In this document: positions 53,890-62,198 of the stretch, in pieces
Numbering within the stretch: position 1 is the first letter of the stretch
How the letters are laid out: every line of letters starts with the position of its first letter
Origin: Geopsychrobacteraceae bacterium
Lineage (GTDB): Bacteria > Desulfobacterota > Desulfuromonadia > Desulfuromonadales > Geopsychrobacteraceae
Direction: 5' to 3'
Length of the DNA: 64,000 nucleotides
Assembly (NCBI GenBank): GCA_963662315.1
Contig: OY759353.1
Span: 1,568,001 to 1,632,000 of the forward strand
The notes under the pieces: generated by a model
The model's input: only the letters and a program-made list of their open reading frames with translations
Database searches by the model: none
Told to the model about the DNA's origin: nothing
Position numbers and translations under genes: made by a program

Positions 53890-53921
53890 AAAAAAGCCGT
53901 CGCTATGATGCGACGGCTTTC
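53890..53921 (-). terminator. Terminator of fba
   Basis: AAAAGCCGTCGC-TATGAT-GCGACGGCTTTT with a U-tract on the minus strand. Confidence 0.85.
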
Positions 53922-53943
53922 AATAGCTCTATTGCTTTGGAAA

Positions 53944-54924
53944 TCAAGCCTTTCCGGCACTACCCAACACTGCTTCATTCTTATGTTTAATCAGAGAGAT
54001 CAGCTCTTTTCGAGCGGCTCCCAGGTATTTGCGGGGATCAAATTCGGCCGGATCGTTAGCCAGGTACTCTCTGATCTTGGCGGTGACGGCGAGGCGACCA
54101 TCGGAGTCGATATTGATTTTGCACACAGCACTGGCAGCAGCTTTACGCAACTGATCTTCCGGAACACCGACAGCACCATCCATTTTGCCGCCATACTGGT
54201 TAATCAATGCGACATAGTCCTGCACAACACTTGAAGCGCCATGCAAAACGATGGGGAACCCAGGAATCCGCTTTTCACACTCAGCGAGGATATCAAAGCG
54301 CAACGGCGGAACCTCTTCCCCCTCTTTCAGTTTAAATTTGTAGGCGCCATGACTGGTCCCAATAGAAATGGCCAGGGAATCGACACCGGTCTTTTTAACA
54401 AAATCTTCAACTTCGTCCGGTTGGGTATAGGATGAATACTCAGCAACAACCTCATCTTCAATACCGGCCAGAACACCAAGCTCCCCTTCAACCGTCACAT
54501 CAAACTGATGGGCATATTCTACAACTTTGCGGGTCAGAGCGACATTTTCGTCATAGGGCAGATGGGAGCCATCAATCATGACGGAAGAAAAACCGGAATC
54601 GATGCAGCTTTTACAGGTTTCAAAAGAATCCCCGTGATCAAGATGCAGCACAATGGGAATATCAGAGCCCATCTCCCTTGCCATCTGCACGGCCCCCATG
54701 GCCATGAAGCGCAGCATCGTTTCGTTTGCGTAATTACGCGCCCCTTTGCTGACCTGCAGAATAACCGGTGACTTGGTTTCCGCACAGGCGGTAATAATTG
54801 CCTGTAACTGTTCAAGATTATTAAAGTTATATGCCGGGATCGCATACCCGCCATCAACTGCTTTGCGGAAGATTTCACGCGAATTGACCAAGCCTATATC
54901 CTTATAACTAATTGTCTCACTCAT
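53944..54924 (-). CDS. fba: Class II fructose-bisphosphate aldolase
   Basis: LHLDHG, SVMIDGS, GTSHGAYKF, LHGASS, KINIDSD. Confidence 0.95.
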   Translation of the reverse strand: MSETISYKDIGLVNSREIFRKAVDGGYAIPAYNFNNLEQLQAIITACAETKSPVILQVSKGARNYANETMLRFMAMGAVQMAREMGSDIPIVLHLDHGDSFETCKSCIDSGFSSVMIDGSHLPYDENVALTRKVVEYAHQFDVTVEGELGVLAGIEDEVVAEYSSYTQPDEVEDFVKKTGVDSLAISIGTSHGAYKFKLKEGEEVPPLRFDILAECEKRIPGFPIVLHGASSVVQDYVALINQYGGKMDGAVGVPEDQLRKAAASAVCKINIDSDGRLAVTAKIREYLANDPAEFDPRKYLGAARKELISLIKHKNEAVLGSAGKA

Positions 54925-55186
54925 TAAAAAATCCTCCCCGATTTTTTTGAAAAAGGCCATCTAAAAAAACACGTACCATACAAACACTCTTTATTAGTTT
55001 TATCAATCGGTATTGCGATTGTCCAGCGGCGCCTTTCGTTGACAAGAAAATTTTACCATTTAAAGGAGGTTGCAATCCTTCAAAACTCATTTTAGTATAC
55101 GCTCGTTTCATATATGGGGAAAGAAGCTCCCCCAAATTCATTTCACTTTTTTTATTTTATATCATTGAGAAAGGATCGGGCTGGAA

Positions 55187-56629
55187 ATGGTAGATGCAAA
55201 AACGGACAGATATTTTAAAGAATGGAAAGAACGTGAAGCGATCGCAGAAGCAATGACGCCTTTGATCGGTAAGCTTTACCGTGACCATGAGGTTATTTGC
55301 ACCGTTTTCGATCGCAGTCTGGTCAACCAGTCAATCGTAGATATCCTGCGGGTACACCGCTTTGCCCGTCAGATCATCGATCGCGAAATCTGGGTTACAG
55401 ACACCTATCCGATTTTGCAGGCTATGAGTGAGATGGACCTAGCGCCGGGCCGCATCGATCTGGCCAAACTGTTGCTGCGCTACCAGGAAAGTGGTCGCAA
55501 CGATATCAAAACCTTTGTCAAAGAGCAGCTTAACGACCTGAACACCGGTAGAAGCAGCCAGCTGAGCGAGCCACGCGATGTTGTCCTGTACGGATTCGGC
55601 CGCATTGGCCGGTTGCTGGCACGGATTCTCATTGAGCAGGCCGGCGGCGGCAATAAATTGCGCCTGCGAGCCGCAGTGGTACGCAAAGGCAGTGATGACG
55701 ATCTGGCCAAACGGGCCAGCCTGCTACGTCGTGATTCGGTACATGGTCACTTTGCCGGGACCATCCGTATCGATGAAGAAGAAAACGCCATCATCGCCAA
55801 CGGCAACATGATTCGTATCATTTATGCCAGTAGCCCCGATGAGGTTGACTATACCCAGTACGGCATCGAAAATGCCATCTTGGTTGATAATACCGGCAAG
55901 TGGCGTGACCGGGATGGACTGGGGCTGCACCTGAAAGCCAAAGGCATAAGCCAGGTTCTGCTGACCGCTCCCGGCAAAGGGGATATTCCGAATATTGTCT
56001 ACGGTGTCAATAACGATCAGCTCAACCCTGATGAGAAGATCCTGTCTGCCGCCAGCTGTACAACGAATGCGATTGTTCCAGTCCTTAAAGCCGTCAATGA
56101 TCAGTTCGGTATTGAATACGGCCACGTGGAAACCTGCCACAGCTACACCAACGATCAGAACCTTATCGACAACTATCATAAAAAAGAGCGCCGGGGCCGC
56201 AGCGCTGCGCTCAATATGGTTATTACCGAAACCGGCGCCGCCAAGGCGGTCGCCAAAGCGCTTCCGGAGCTGGCCGGCAAACTGACCGGCAACGCGATCC
56301 GTGTTCCGACCCCCAATGTTTCCCTGGCCATACTGAACCTGACGATGAAAAAAACAACCAGCGTTGAGGAGATGAATACCTATCTGCGCAACATCTCCCT
56401 GGACTCTCCGCTACAGGATCAGATCGACTATACCAACTCACCAGAGGCTGTCTCGACGGACATGGTCGGCTCAGTCCATGCGGGCATTGTCGACTCGTTG
56501 GCAACCATAGTAGAAGGCAACCGCTGCGTCCTTTACGTTTGGTACGACAATGAATATGGTTACAGCCACCAGGTGGTAAGGATCATCAGGCAGGCATCAG
56601 GGCTGGGGTTGGAAAACTGGCCAAAATAA
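55187..56629 (+). CDS. gap: Glyceraldehyde-3-phosphate dehydrogenase, long (480 aa) form
   Basis: N-terminal extension of about 130 aa, GFGRIGR, ASCTTN, WYDNEYGY. Confidence 0.95.
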   Translation: MVDAKTDRYFKEWKEREAIAEAMTPLIGKLYRDHEVICTVFDRSLVNQSIVDILRVHRFARQIIDREIWVTDTYPILQAMSEMDLAPGRIDLAKLLLRYQESGRNDIKTFVKEQLNDLNTGRSSQLSEPRDVVLYGFGRIGRLLARILIEQAGGGNKLRLRAAVVRKGSDDDLAKRASLLRRDSVHGHFAGTIRIDEEENAIIANGNMIRIIYASSPDEVDYTQYGIENAILVDNTGKWRDRDGLGLHLKAKGISQVLLTAPGKGDIPNIVYGVNNDQLNPDEKILSAASCTTNAIVPVLKAVNDQFGIEYGHVETCHSYTNDQNLIDNYHKKERRGRSAALNMVITETGAAKAVAKALPELAGKLTGNAIRVPTPNVSLAILNLTMKKTTSVEEMNTYLRNISLDSPLQDQIDYTNSPEAVSTDMVGSVHAGIVDSLATIVEGNRCVLYVWYDNEYGYSHQVVRIIRQASGLGLENWPK

Positions 56630-56661
56630 AGATTAGCCCGTAAATCACGCTCCCCCACTGC

Positions 56662-56689
56662 AAAGCCCTTCAGATCCCTGAAGGGCTTT
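56662..56689 (+). terminator. Terminator after gap
   Basis: AAAGCCCTTCAG-ATCC-CTGAAGGGCTTT. Confidence 0.7.
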
Positions 56690-56861
56690 AAGCTAATTAA
56701 CACAAAAAATCACTTCTCCCAGTCGTACCCTCACCAAACCAGAGGAATTAAAAAAAACAATAACCTCCCATTTTGCCGAAGATCCGTTATACTGCCAAGC
56801 AGCGAATGGACGGAACAGCACCAGAACTATGGCGAAACACACAGGATGCGGAGACACCAAG

Positions 56862-57632
56862 ATGGAAGATACTCTCAGGATAGAGATTTTAACTGAAAAC
56901 ACGACCGGACATAATCATGCTCGTACCTGCCAGTCGGAATGGGGCTTAAGCCTTTTTATCCACTGGCGACAGCAACATGTTCTGCTGGATGCGGGTCCTA
57001 CAGGACTGTATCTTGAAAACGCTCGCCATATGCAGGTTGACTTGAGCCAGACAACAGCGGTCAGTCTTTCTCATCACCACTGGGATCATGCTGACGGTCT
57101 GGAGTTTTTCACTCCCCCGCACGGAACAAAACTGTACGTTCACCCGGACCTTATGGAAAAAATCCCCAAACCTCTAAAAAAGGTACTTGAAGAGCATTAT
57201 CAACTTCAACTGTCAGAGTCCCCAGTGGAAATTGGCGATGGATTGTTTTTCCTTGGGGAAATTCCACGCCGTACAGCGTTTGAAAAGGGCTCTCATAAGG
57301 ATGACCCGATGACAGAAGATTCAGCCCTGGCTCTAAAAACAAGCAAAGGCTGTATTGTCATATCGGGCTGCTCTCACTCAGGAATCGCCAATATTTGCCT
57401 GCAAGCCGAACAAGTTACCGCCCAGCCCTTACGGGGAGTCATTGGCGGAATGCACCTCTTCGATGATGACAGAGCAACGGTAGAGGAAACCATCAGGTGG
57501 TTTGAAAATAAAAACATCGAGTTTTTCTACCCCATGCACTGTATCGATTTTCCCACTCTTAAGCGAATGAGTGACAAGTTGCCGGTAACGGTATTCAATA
57601 CGGGCGACACCATTACCCTTGAAAATGAATAA
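56862..57632 (+). CDS. MBL-fold metallo-hydrolase
   Basis: EWGLSL, LLDAG, SHHHWDHADG, GCSHSG, GGMHL, PMHC. Start may be 56829. Confidence 0.88.
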   Translation: MEDTLRIEILTENTTGHNHARTCQSEWGLSLFIHWRQQHVLLDAGPTGLYLENARHMQVDLSQTTAVSLSHHHWDHADGLEFFTPPHGTKLYVHPDLMEKIPKPLKKVLEEHYQLQLSESPVEIGDGLFFLGEIPRRTAFEKGSHKDDPMTEDSALALKTSKGCIVISGCSHSGIANICLQAEQVTAQPLRGVIGGMHLFDDDRATVEETIRWFENKNIEFFYPMHCIDFPTLKRMSDKLPVTVFNTGDTITLENE

Positions 57633-57675
57633 AGGCCAGCCGCAGATTGCTCTGAGACTGGCCCATGGAATAGAT

Positions 57676-57709
57676 AAAAAAAGACCGATCAAAAATGATC
57701 GGTCTTTTT
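57676..57709. terminator. Bidirectional terminator between the MBL gene and rpsU
   Basis: AAAAAAAGACCGATCA-AAAA-TGATCGGTCTTTTT. Confidence 0.85.
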
Positions 57710-57716
57710 CATTAAC

Positions 57717-57914
57717 TTAGCTGAAGCGCTTCATAGCACGCATCTTCTTACGCAGACGGCGCTGAGCTTCCTTCTCTTTGCGCTTACGCTTAATGCTCGG
57801 CTTTTCGTAAAATTTGCGCTGCTTCATTTCACGGAAAAGACCTTCTTGCTGCAGCTTGCGCTTGAGGACTTTAATCGCCTTCTCGACGTTACCATCAATA
57901 ACAGTGATTTCCAC
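57717..57914 (-). CDS. rpsU: 30S ribosomal protein S21
   Basis: EKAIKVLKRKLQQEG, FYEKPSIKRKRK; GTG start. Confidence 0.96.
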   Translation of the reverse strand: MEITVIDGNVEKAIKVLKRKLQQEGLFREMKQRKFYEKPSIKRKRKEKEAQRRLRKKMRAMKRFS

Positions 57915-57969
57915 GAACAATCACCCCGCTTTCCTTTATATCTTTACAGTAAGACTGCAAGAGCCCGAA

Positions 57970-57998
57970 CTTATACCTGTCATAGCAGCTAAAGTCAA
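57970..57998 (-). promoter_or_regulatory. sigma70 promoter of rpsU
   Basis: TTGACT-17 nt-TATAAG. Confidence 0.65.
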
Positions 57999-58022
57999 GG
58001 ACTTTCCCAAAACGGAAACAGC

Positions 58023-59132
58023 TTATCCGCGTTTCAGAAACAGCCCCACTTTGATCCCCCCGTTACTCAGACGCAGCAGTTGATGCAATTTCAGTCCGGA
58101 TGCTTTTAACAGTAAGTTGTCTGGACACAAAATCGCACCGTCCCATCCGCTAAACACCTCACTGTAGATACGCCCAAGGTCGTGATACAGTGCATTCAAA
58201 ACGGCATTACGTCCAAGCCTCTCACCATAGGGAGGATTACAGATCAGCAATCCGCCATCAGTATTCGGCGTCAGCTCCTGCATGGCACAGCAGCGCAGGT
58301 CGATCAGCTCATCGACCTCCCCTGCTTTCATATTGGCTGCGGCAGCAGCGACCGCTTTAGGATTGCTGTCAACCGCAGTTATTGGCGCATCCAGCTCCTG
58401 CTTTTGCTGGCGCCTGGCCTCTACACATAACTGTTGCCAAAGCCCGGCCCGATATTTAGGCCATGCCATAAAAGCGAAATCACGCGTTAACCCCGGTGCC
58501 CGCTTAAGAGCAATCATGGCTGCTTCCAGAGCAAATGTACCGGATCCCGTCATTACATCAACCAGGGCCTGCGAACCGTCATAACCGCAGGACAGTAAGC
58601 ACCCTGCGGCCAGAGTCTCGCGTAGAGGCGCGGCCCCATGCGCCTGGCGATACCCACGCCGATGAAGATGCTCTCCCGAACTGTCAATTGACACTTGGCA
58701 ACGATCTTCCGTAAAACGTAGATAGATGGTTACAGTTTCGGGGACACCGCCCCCATCCTGACCAAGCACACGCCTAATGGCATCAAGACAGGTCTGGGCT
58801 ATCCGACCACTGTGGTTCAGCCGCGAACCATGACAGGTTACCTTGATATTGCAATCCTGCCCCGGCCTGACAAAGCGTCCCCAAGGCTGCTTGCTCAGTT
58901 TCTGGTAAAGAGCCGGGAAGTCCCGCGCAGTAAACTCCCCCAAGCGGACCAGTACACGCGACGCAGTACGCGACCACAGGTTGATCAGATATAATTCACG
59001 CAAACCACCACGGAATTGAAGACCACCTGCCACCGATATTTCAGCAGAAATACCGAGCTGCTGAATTTCTGCAGCGCATAATTCTTCTAGCCCTGGAGCA
59101 GTAATGACAAAATAATCATCCAGTCGTGCCAT
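58023..59132 (-). CDS. THUMP-domain SAM-dependent RNA methyltransferase (RlmL/YpsC-like)
   Basis: PGLEE, SRTASRV, DSSGEHLHRRGYR, APLRETLAA, NPPYGERL. Confidence 0.9.
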   Translation of the reverse strand: MARLDDYFVITAPGLEELCAAEIQQLGISAEISVAGGLQFRGGLRELYLINLWSRTASRVLVRLGEFTARDFPALYQKLSKQPWGRFVRPGQDCNIKVTCHGSRLNHSGRIAQTCLDAIRRVLGQDGGGVPETVTIYLRFTEDRCQVSIDSSGEHLHRRGYRQAHGAAPLRETLAAGCLLSCGYDGSQALVDVMTGSGTFALEAAMIALKRAPGLTRDFAFMAWPKYRAGLWQQLCVEARRQQKQELDAPITAVDSNPKAVAAAAANMKAGEVDELIDLRCCAMQELTPNTDGGLLICNPPYGERLGRNAVLNALYHDLGRIYSEVFSGWDGAILCPDNLLLKASGLKLHQLLRLSNGGIKVGLFLKRG

Positions 59133-59292
59133 AAAACCTTCAAACGAAATCCTGTTAACCAGGCAACTTATGATTCAGATTAAAAGAAACAATTTTTAGG
59201 TCAAAATTAATTTGTTCTTATCACCAAAAGTAAATATACTAACCACAAAATGAAAAGATGCCCACACAATTTATTCCAACGGATTTGTCCTG

Positions 59293-60000
59293 ATGAAATT
59301 CCAGCGCTACTTTAAATCGGGTCAGCAACTGCTGCTTAAAGCGACCCCCAAAAAAGACTCTGGTCGCACGGAGCTTTTTTCTGTTGTTGTCTCAACTCTC
59401 AGCAATGACAGGCTCATTGTGTCTCTCCCTTACGGACCGGACGCTGTTGTCCAATACCCGTTTGAAGATATTGCAGATTTTGAAATCACCACCGAAGCTT
59501 TCGGCCTTGGTATTAAAGCCTTCGGAACCTTTGAGAAACGTCTTGGCGGTGACCGTTTCGCACTAAAGTTGAGCCCTGATCTGGAAATGTTTCAGCGCCG
59601 TATCAGCCAACGTTACGACTGTGAACTGGGGATCCGCTTCAGTCGTGCCGCAAAAACATTAAAAACCATGCGGGAAATCTGGGAAAAAAACCTGGAAGTC
59701 ATCAATAAACCTGACGCCCCATTGCTGTTTGAAGGATTTCAGCAAGTGCCGGTCAATATCAGTGCGGGTGGTATTCGCCTGACGATCAAGCCACCGGCGA
59801 GCCAGGGGGAGCTATGTCTTATTCTGATCAACCTTAATGATGGCAAGCCGCCCGTCTGCACAATTGCCGAGGTCATCTGGACCTGTTCTCCCGATGAAAA
59901 CATCATGACTGCCGGCATGCGCTTTATCAATATTTTGGCCAATGATCAGCAACGCATTGACAGCTTCATTGACAGACAGAAAAAACAATCCGAAGAATAA
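59293..60000 (+). CDS. PilZ-domain protein with N-terminal PilZN-like beta domain
   Basis: QRRISQR (RxxxR) at 59593-59613, NISAGG at 59755-59772, C-terminal AGMRFINI. Confidence 0.85.
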   Translation: MKFQRYFKSGQQLLLKATPKKDSGRTELFSVVVSTLSNDRLIVSLPYGPDAVVQYPFEDIADFEITTEAFGLGIKAFGTFEKRLGGDRFALKLSPDLEMFQRRISQRYDCELGIRFSRAAKTLKTMREIWEKNLEVINKPDAPLLFEGFQQVPVNISAGGIRLTIKPPASQGELCLILINLNDGKPPVCTIAEVIWTCSPDENIMTAGMRFINILANDQQRIDSFIDRQKKQSEE

Positions 60001-60102
60001 AGCTGATCGATTCTTCTTGCTTGTCAGAGTCTTTGTTCTAAGTTATAAGCATTTTATAGTCTTTATACGATACCAGAACCAAGGACAGCAGGACACTAAT
60101 TC

Positions 60103-60873
60103 ATGCCCCCAGTGACAGAAGCAGAAGTATTTCGCGCGTGTCGTACCTTATTCGGGCCGGAACTTACTCTCAGCCGCGATTTTCTTACCTATTTGCAGCC
60201 ATCTGGTGTCCGCTCGGCCTATCGTAAACAAGCCAAAATTATTCACCCTGACCGCTTTGCTGTATCGGCCTCCCACATTCAGGCGCAACATCACCGCTTG
60301 TTTCAGGATTTGAACCAGGCTCACCAGACAGTTCTTGACTACCTGAAACACCGTTGCCTGAAATCGACCGCAACAGGCACCAGAAGCTATTCGCCGCCGC
60401 GCTCGACGCCTCCACGCAAACGTCAAGATCCGCCACAATGGCGAACGTCAAACCCCGGACTACCCAAGCGACCGTTGCAGTTTGGATTATTTCTCTATTA
60501 CCTGAAAATCATTCCATTTAACGAAATGGTTGCAGCAGTGATCTGGCAACGCCAACAACGCCCTAAAATCGGAGAAATTGCCCGTAACTGGGGCTGGCTT
60601 ACGGATCACAACATCAGTGCTATTCTTCACAGTCGGCTTGGCCTGACACGTTTTGGCGAAAAAGCCGAACGCCTCGGCCTGCTATCCCCGCAACAAATAC
60701 GCACAGTGCTCTATTTTCAGCGCAGCAAACAACCTCCCATGGGACGTTACTTTGTTGAACACGGCTATTTCAATGAAGCAACCCTTCAGGACTTGCTGCA
60801 GCAGTTAGCTGAGCACAACTGCACTTACGACCGTAGTTTTTCTGGACAATTCTATTACTACCACCACAAATAA
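60103..60873 (+). CDS. J-domain protein with C-terminal tandem MshEN-like repeats
   Basis: VRSAYRKQAKIIHPD...FQDLNQAH J-domain, Pro-rich linker, four 24-aa motifs at 60478-60807. Confidence 0.8.
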   Translation: MPPVTEAEVFRACRTLFGPELTLSRDFLTYLQPSGVRSAYRKQAKIIHPDRFAVSASHIQAQHHRLFQDLNQAHQTVLDYLKHRCLKSTATGTRSYSPPRSTPPRKRQDPPQWRTSNPGLPKRPLQFGLFLYYLKIIPFNEMVAAVIWQRQQRPKIGEIARNWGWLTDHNISAILHSRLGLTRFGEKAERLGLLSPQQIRTVLYFQRSKQPPMGRYFVEHGYFNEATLQDLLQQLAEHNCTYDRSFSGQFYYYHHK

Positions 60874-60917
60874 ATCGTATAGTCAGCGAACACGACTTTA
60901 CGTTACAAGGAGTTTTC

Positions 60918-62087
60918 ATGGGCTTTTTTTCCCCTTCTTCCAGTATTTGCTATTTTCAGGTCAGTGGCGACTTTGACTCTGACAATAAATATGATGACCT
61001 GCTTGAAAAACTAACCGCTGAGGGCTTTCGTTCTATTGAAAATTCAGCCGAAGAATTAGCTACCGGCTGGGTTCAGATCAGCGACTATGACAATGGTGAT
61101 TTTAACAACGGTGGGGCAGCCTGGTTTGATCACTTTCTCTGTTTCAGCCTCAGACAGGACCGCCGCCGGGTTCCCGCAGCGCTACTGAAGCGACAGGTCA
61201 ATCGCCTGAGTGAACAGTTCCTGGCCGAAAAACCTGGCCTCAGATATGTGCCAAAGGCCGAAAAGGAACAGATTCGCGAGCGGGCGCGGATACAACTGAT
61301 GACAAAAACCCTGCCATCCCCTTCGTTTTACGATGTCATATGGGATACCGACCGCCAGCTGATCAGATTCTGCTCCCTGGGCCAGACTCTGGTCGATACA
61401 TTTCAGGGCCTGTTCCATCAGACATTCCCTGGGCTGCGTCTGCAGTTACTTCATCCACTTGCTCGTGCTGCCCAACTGATCCCCGAAGAACATCTCAGTG
61501 AACAGTTACAAAAAGAAAACCAGGCCGCAACCGACAGCGTTCTGGAACAGATTGAAGCAAATCGCTGGTTGGGTAACGACTTTCTGCTCTGGCTGTTCTA
61601 TCGCACCCTTAACAGTGATTCTCGCTACCAGGTAAAAACCGCAGGGCCGTTATTGGACAAACAGCCATTCACAGCGTTTCTCGATAATCGCCTGGTCCTG
61701 GTCGGTGGTGGCCAGGAAGGCGTCCAGAAAATCGTTGTCGCCGGACCACAAGATCATTACATGGAGGCAAAAACTGCACTGTTGCAGGGCAAACAGATCG
61801 AGGAAGCGATTCTTCATTTTCAACACGATGAAGACAACGCCTGGAAACTGACGCTGAAAGGTGAGCGCTTCCAATTTGGCGGCTATCGTACCCCGATGAT
61901 CAAACCGGAATCATCTCCAGATGATGATCCCCAGGCAGAACTCATTGCCAGTTTCCTGACTAAAATGGCCGCCACAGAAGAAGGGGAGCAGATGTTTAAC
62001 AGTATTCTGCGCGATTTTTTGGAAGCCCGTCTCGGCAGTGACTGGAAAACGACCCTGGCAACCATCAATAACTGGCTGAAAGAGTAA
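60918..62087 (+). CDS. rdgC: RdgC-like recombination-associated protein
   Basis: ELATGWV, FSLRQDRRRVPAALLK, KTLPSP, LGNDFLLWL; 389 aa. Confidence 0.75.
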   Translation: MGFFSPSSSICYFQVSGDFDSDNKYDDLLEKLTAEGFRSIENSAEELATGWVQISDYDNGDFNNGGAAWFDHFLCFSLRQDRRRVPAALLKRQVNRLSEQFLAEKPGLRYVPKAEKEQIRERARIQLMTKTLPSPSFYDVIWDTDRQLIRFCSLGQTLVDTFQGLFHQTFPGLRLQLLHPLARAAQLIPEEHLSEQLQKENQAATDSVLEQIEANRWLGNDFLLWLFYRTLNSDSRYQVKTAGPLLDKQPFTAFLDNRLVLVGGGQEGVQKIVVAGPQDHYMEAKTALLQGKQIEEAILHFQHDEDNAWKLTLKGERFQFGGYRTPMIKPESSPDDDPQAELIASFLTKMAATEEGEQMFNSILRDFLEARLGSDWKTTLATINNWLKE

Positions 62088-62198
62088 TCCACCCAGCGCC
62101 TGGCACTGTGAAGCTTATTAAGCTGGCGTATTAACAACTGACAGCCATGTTATGCTTAAAAATACAAAGAGTCTGACATCTAATCAGTTGAGGCCTTC

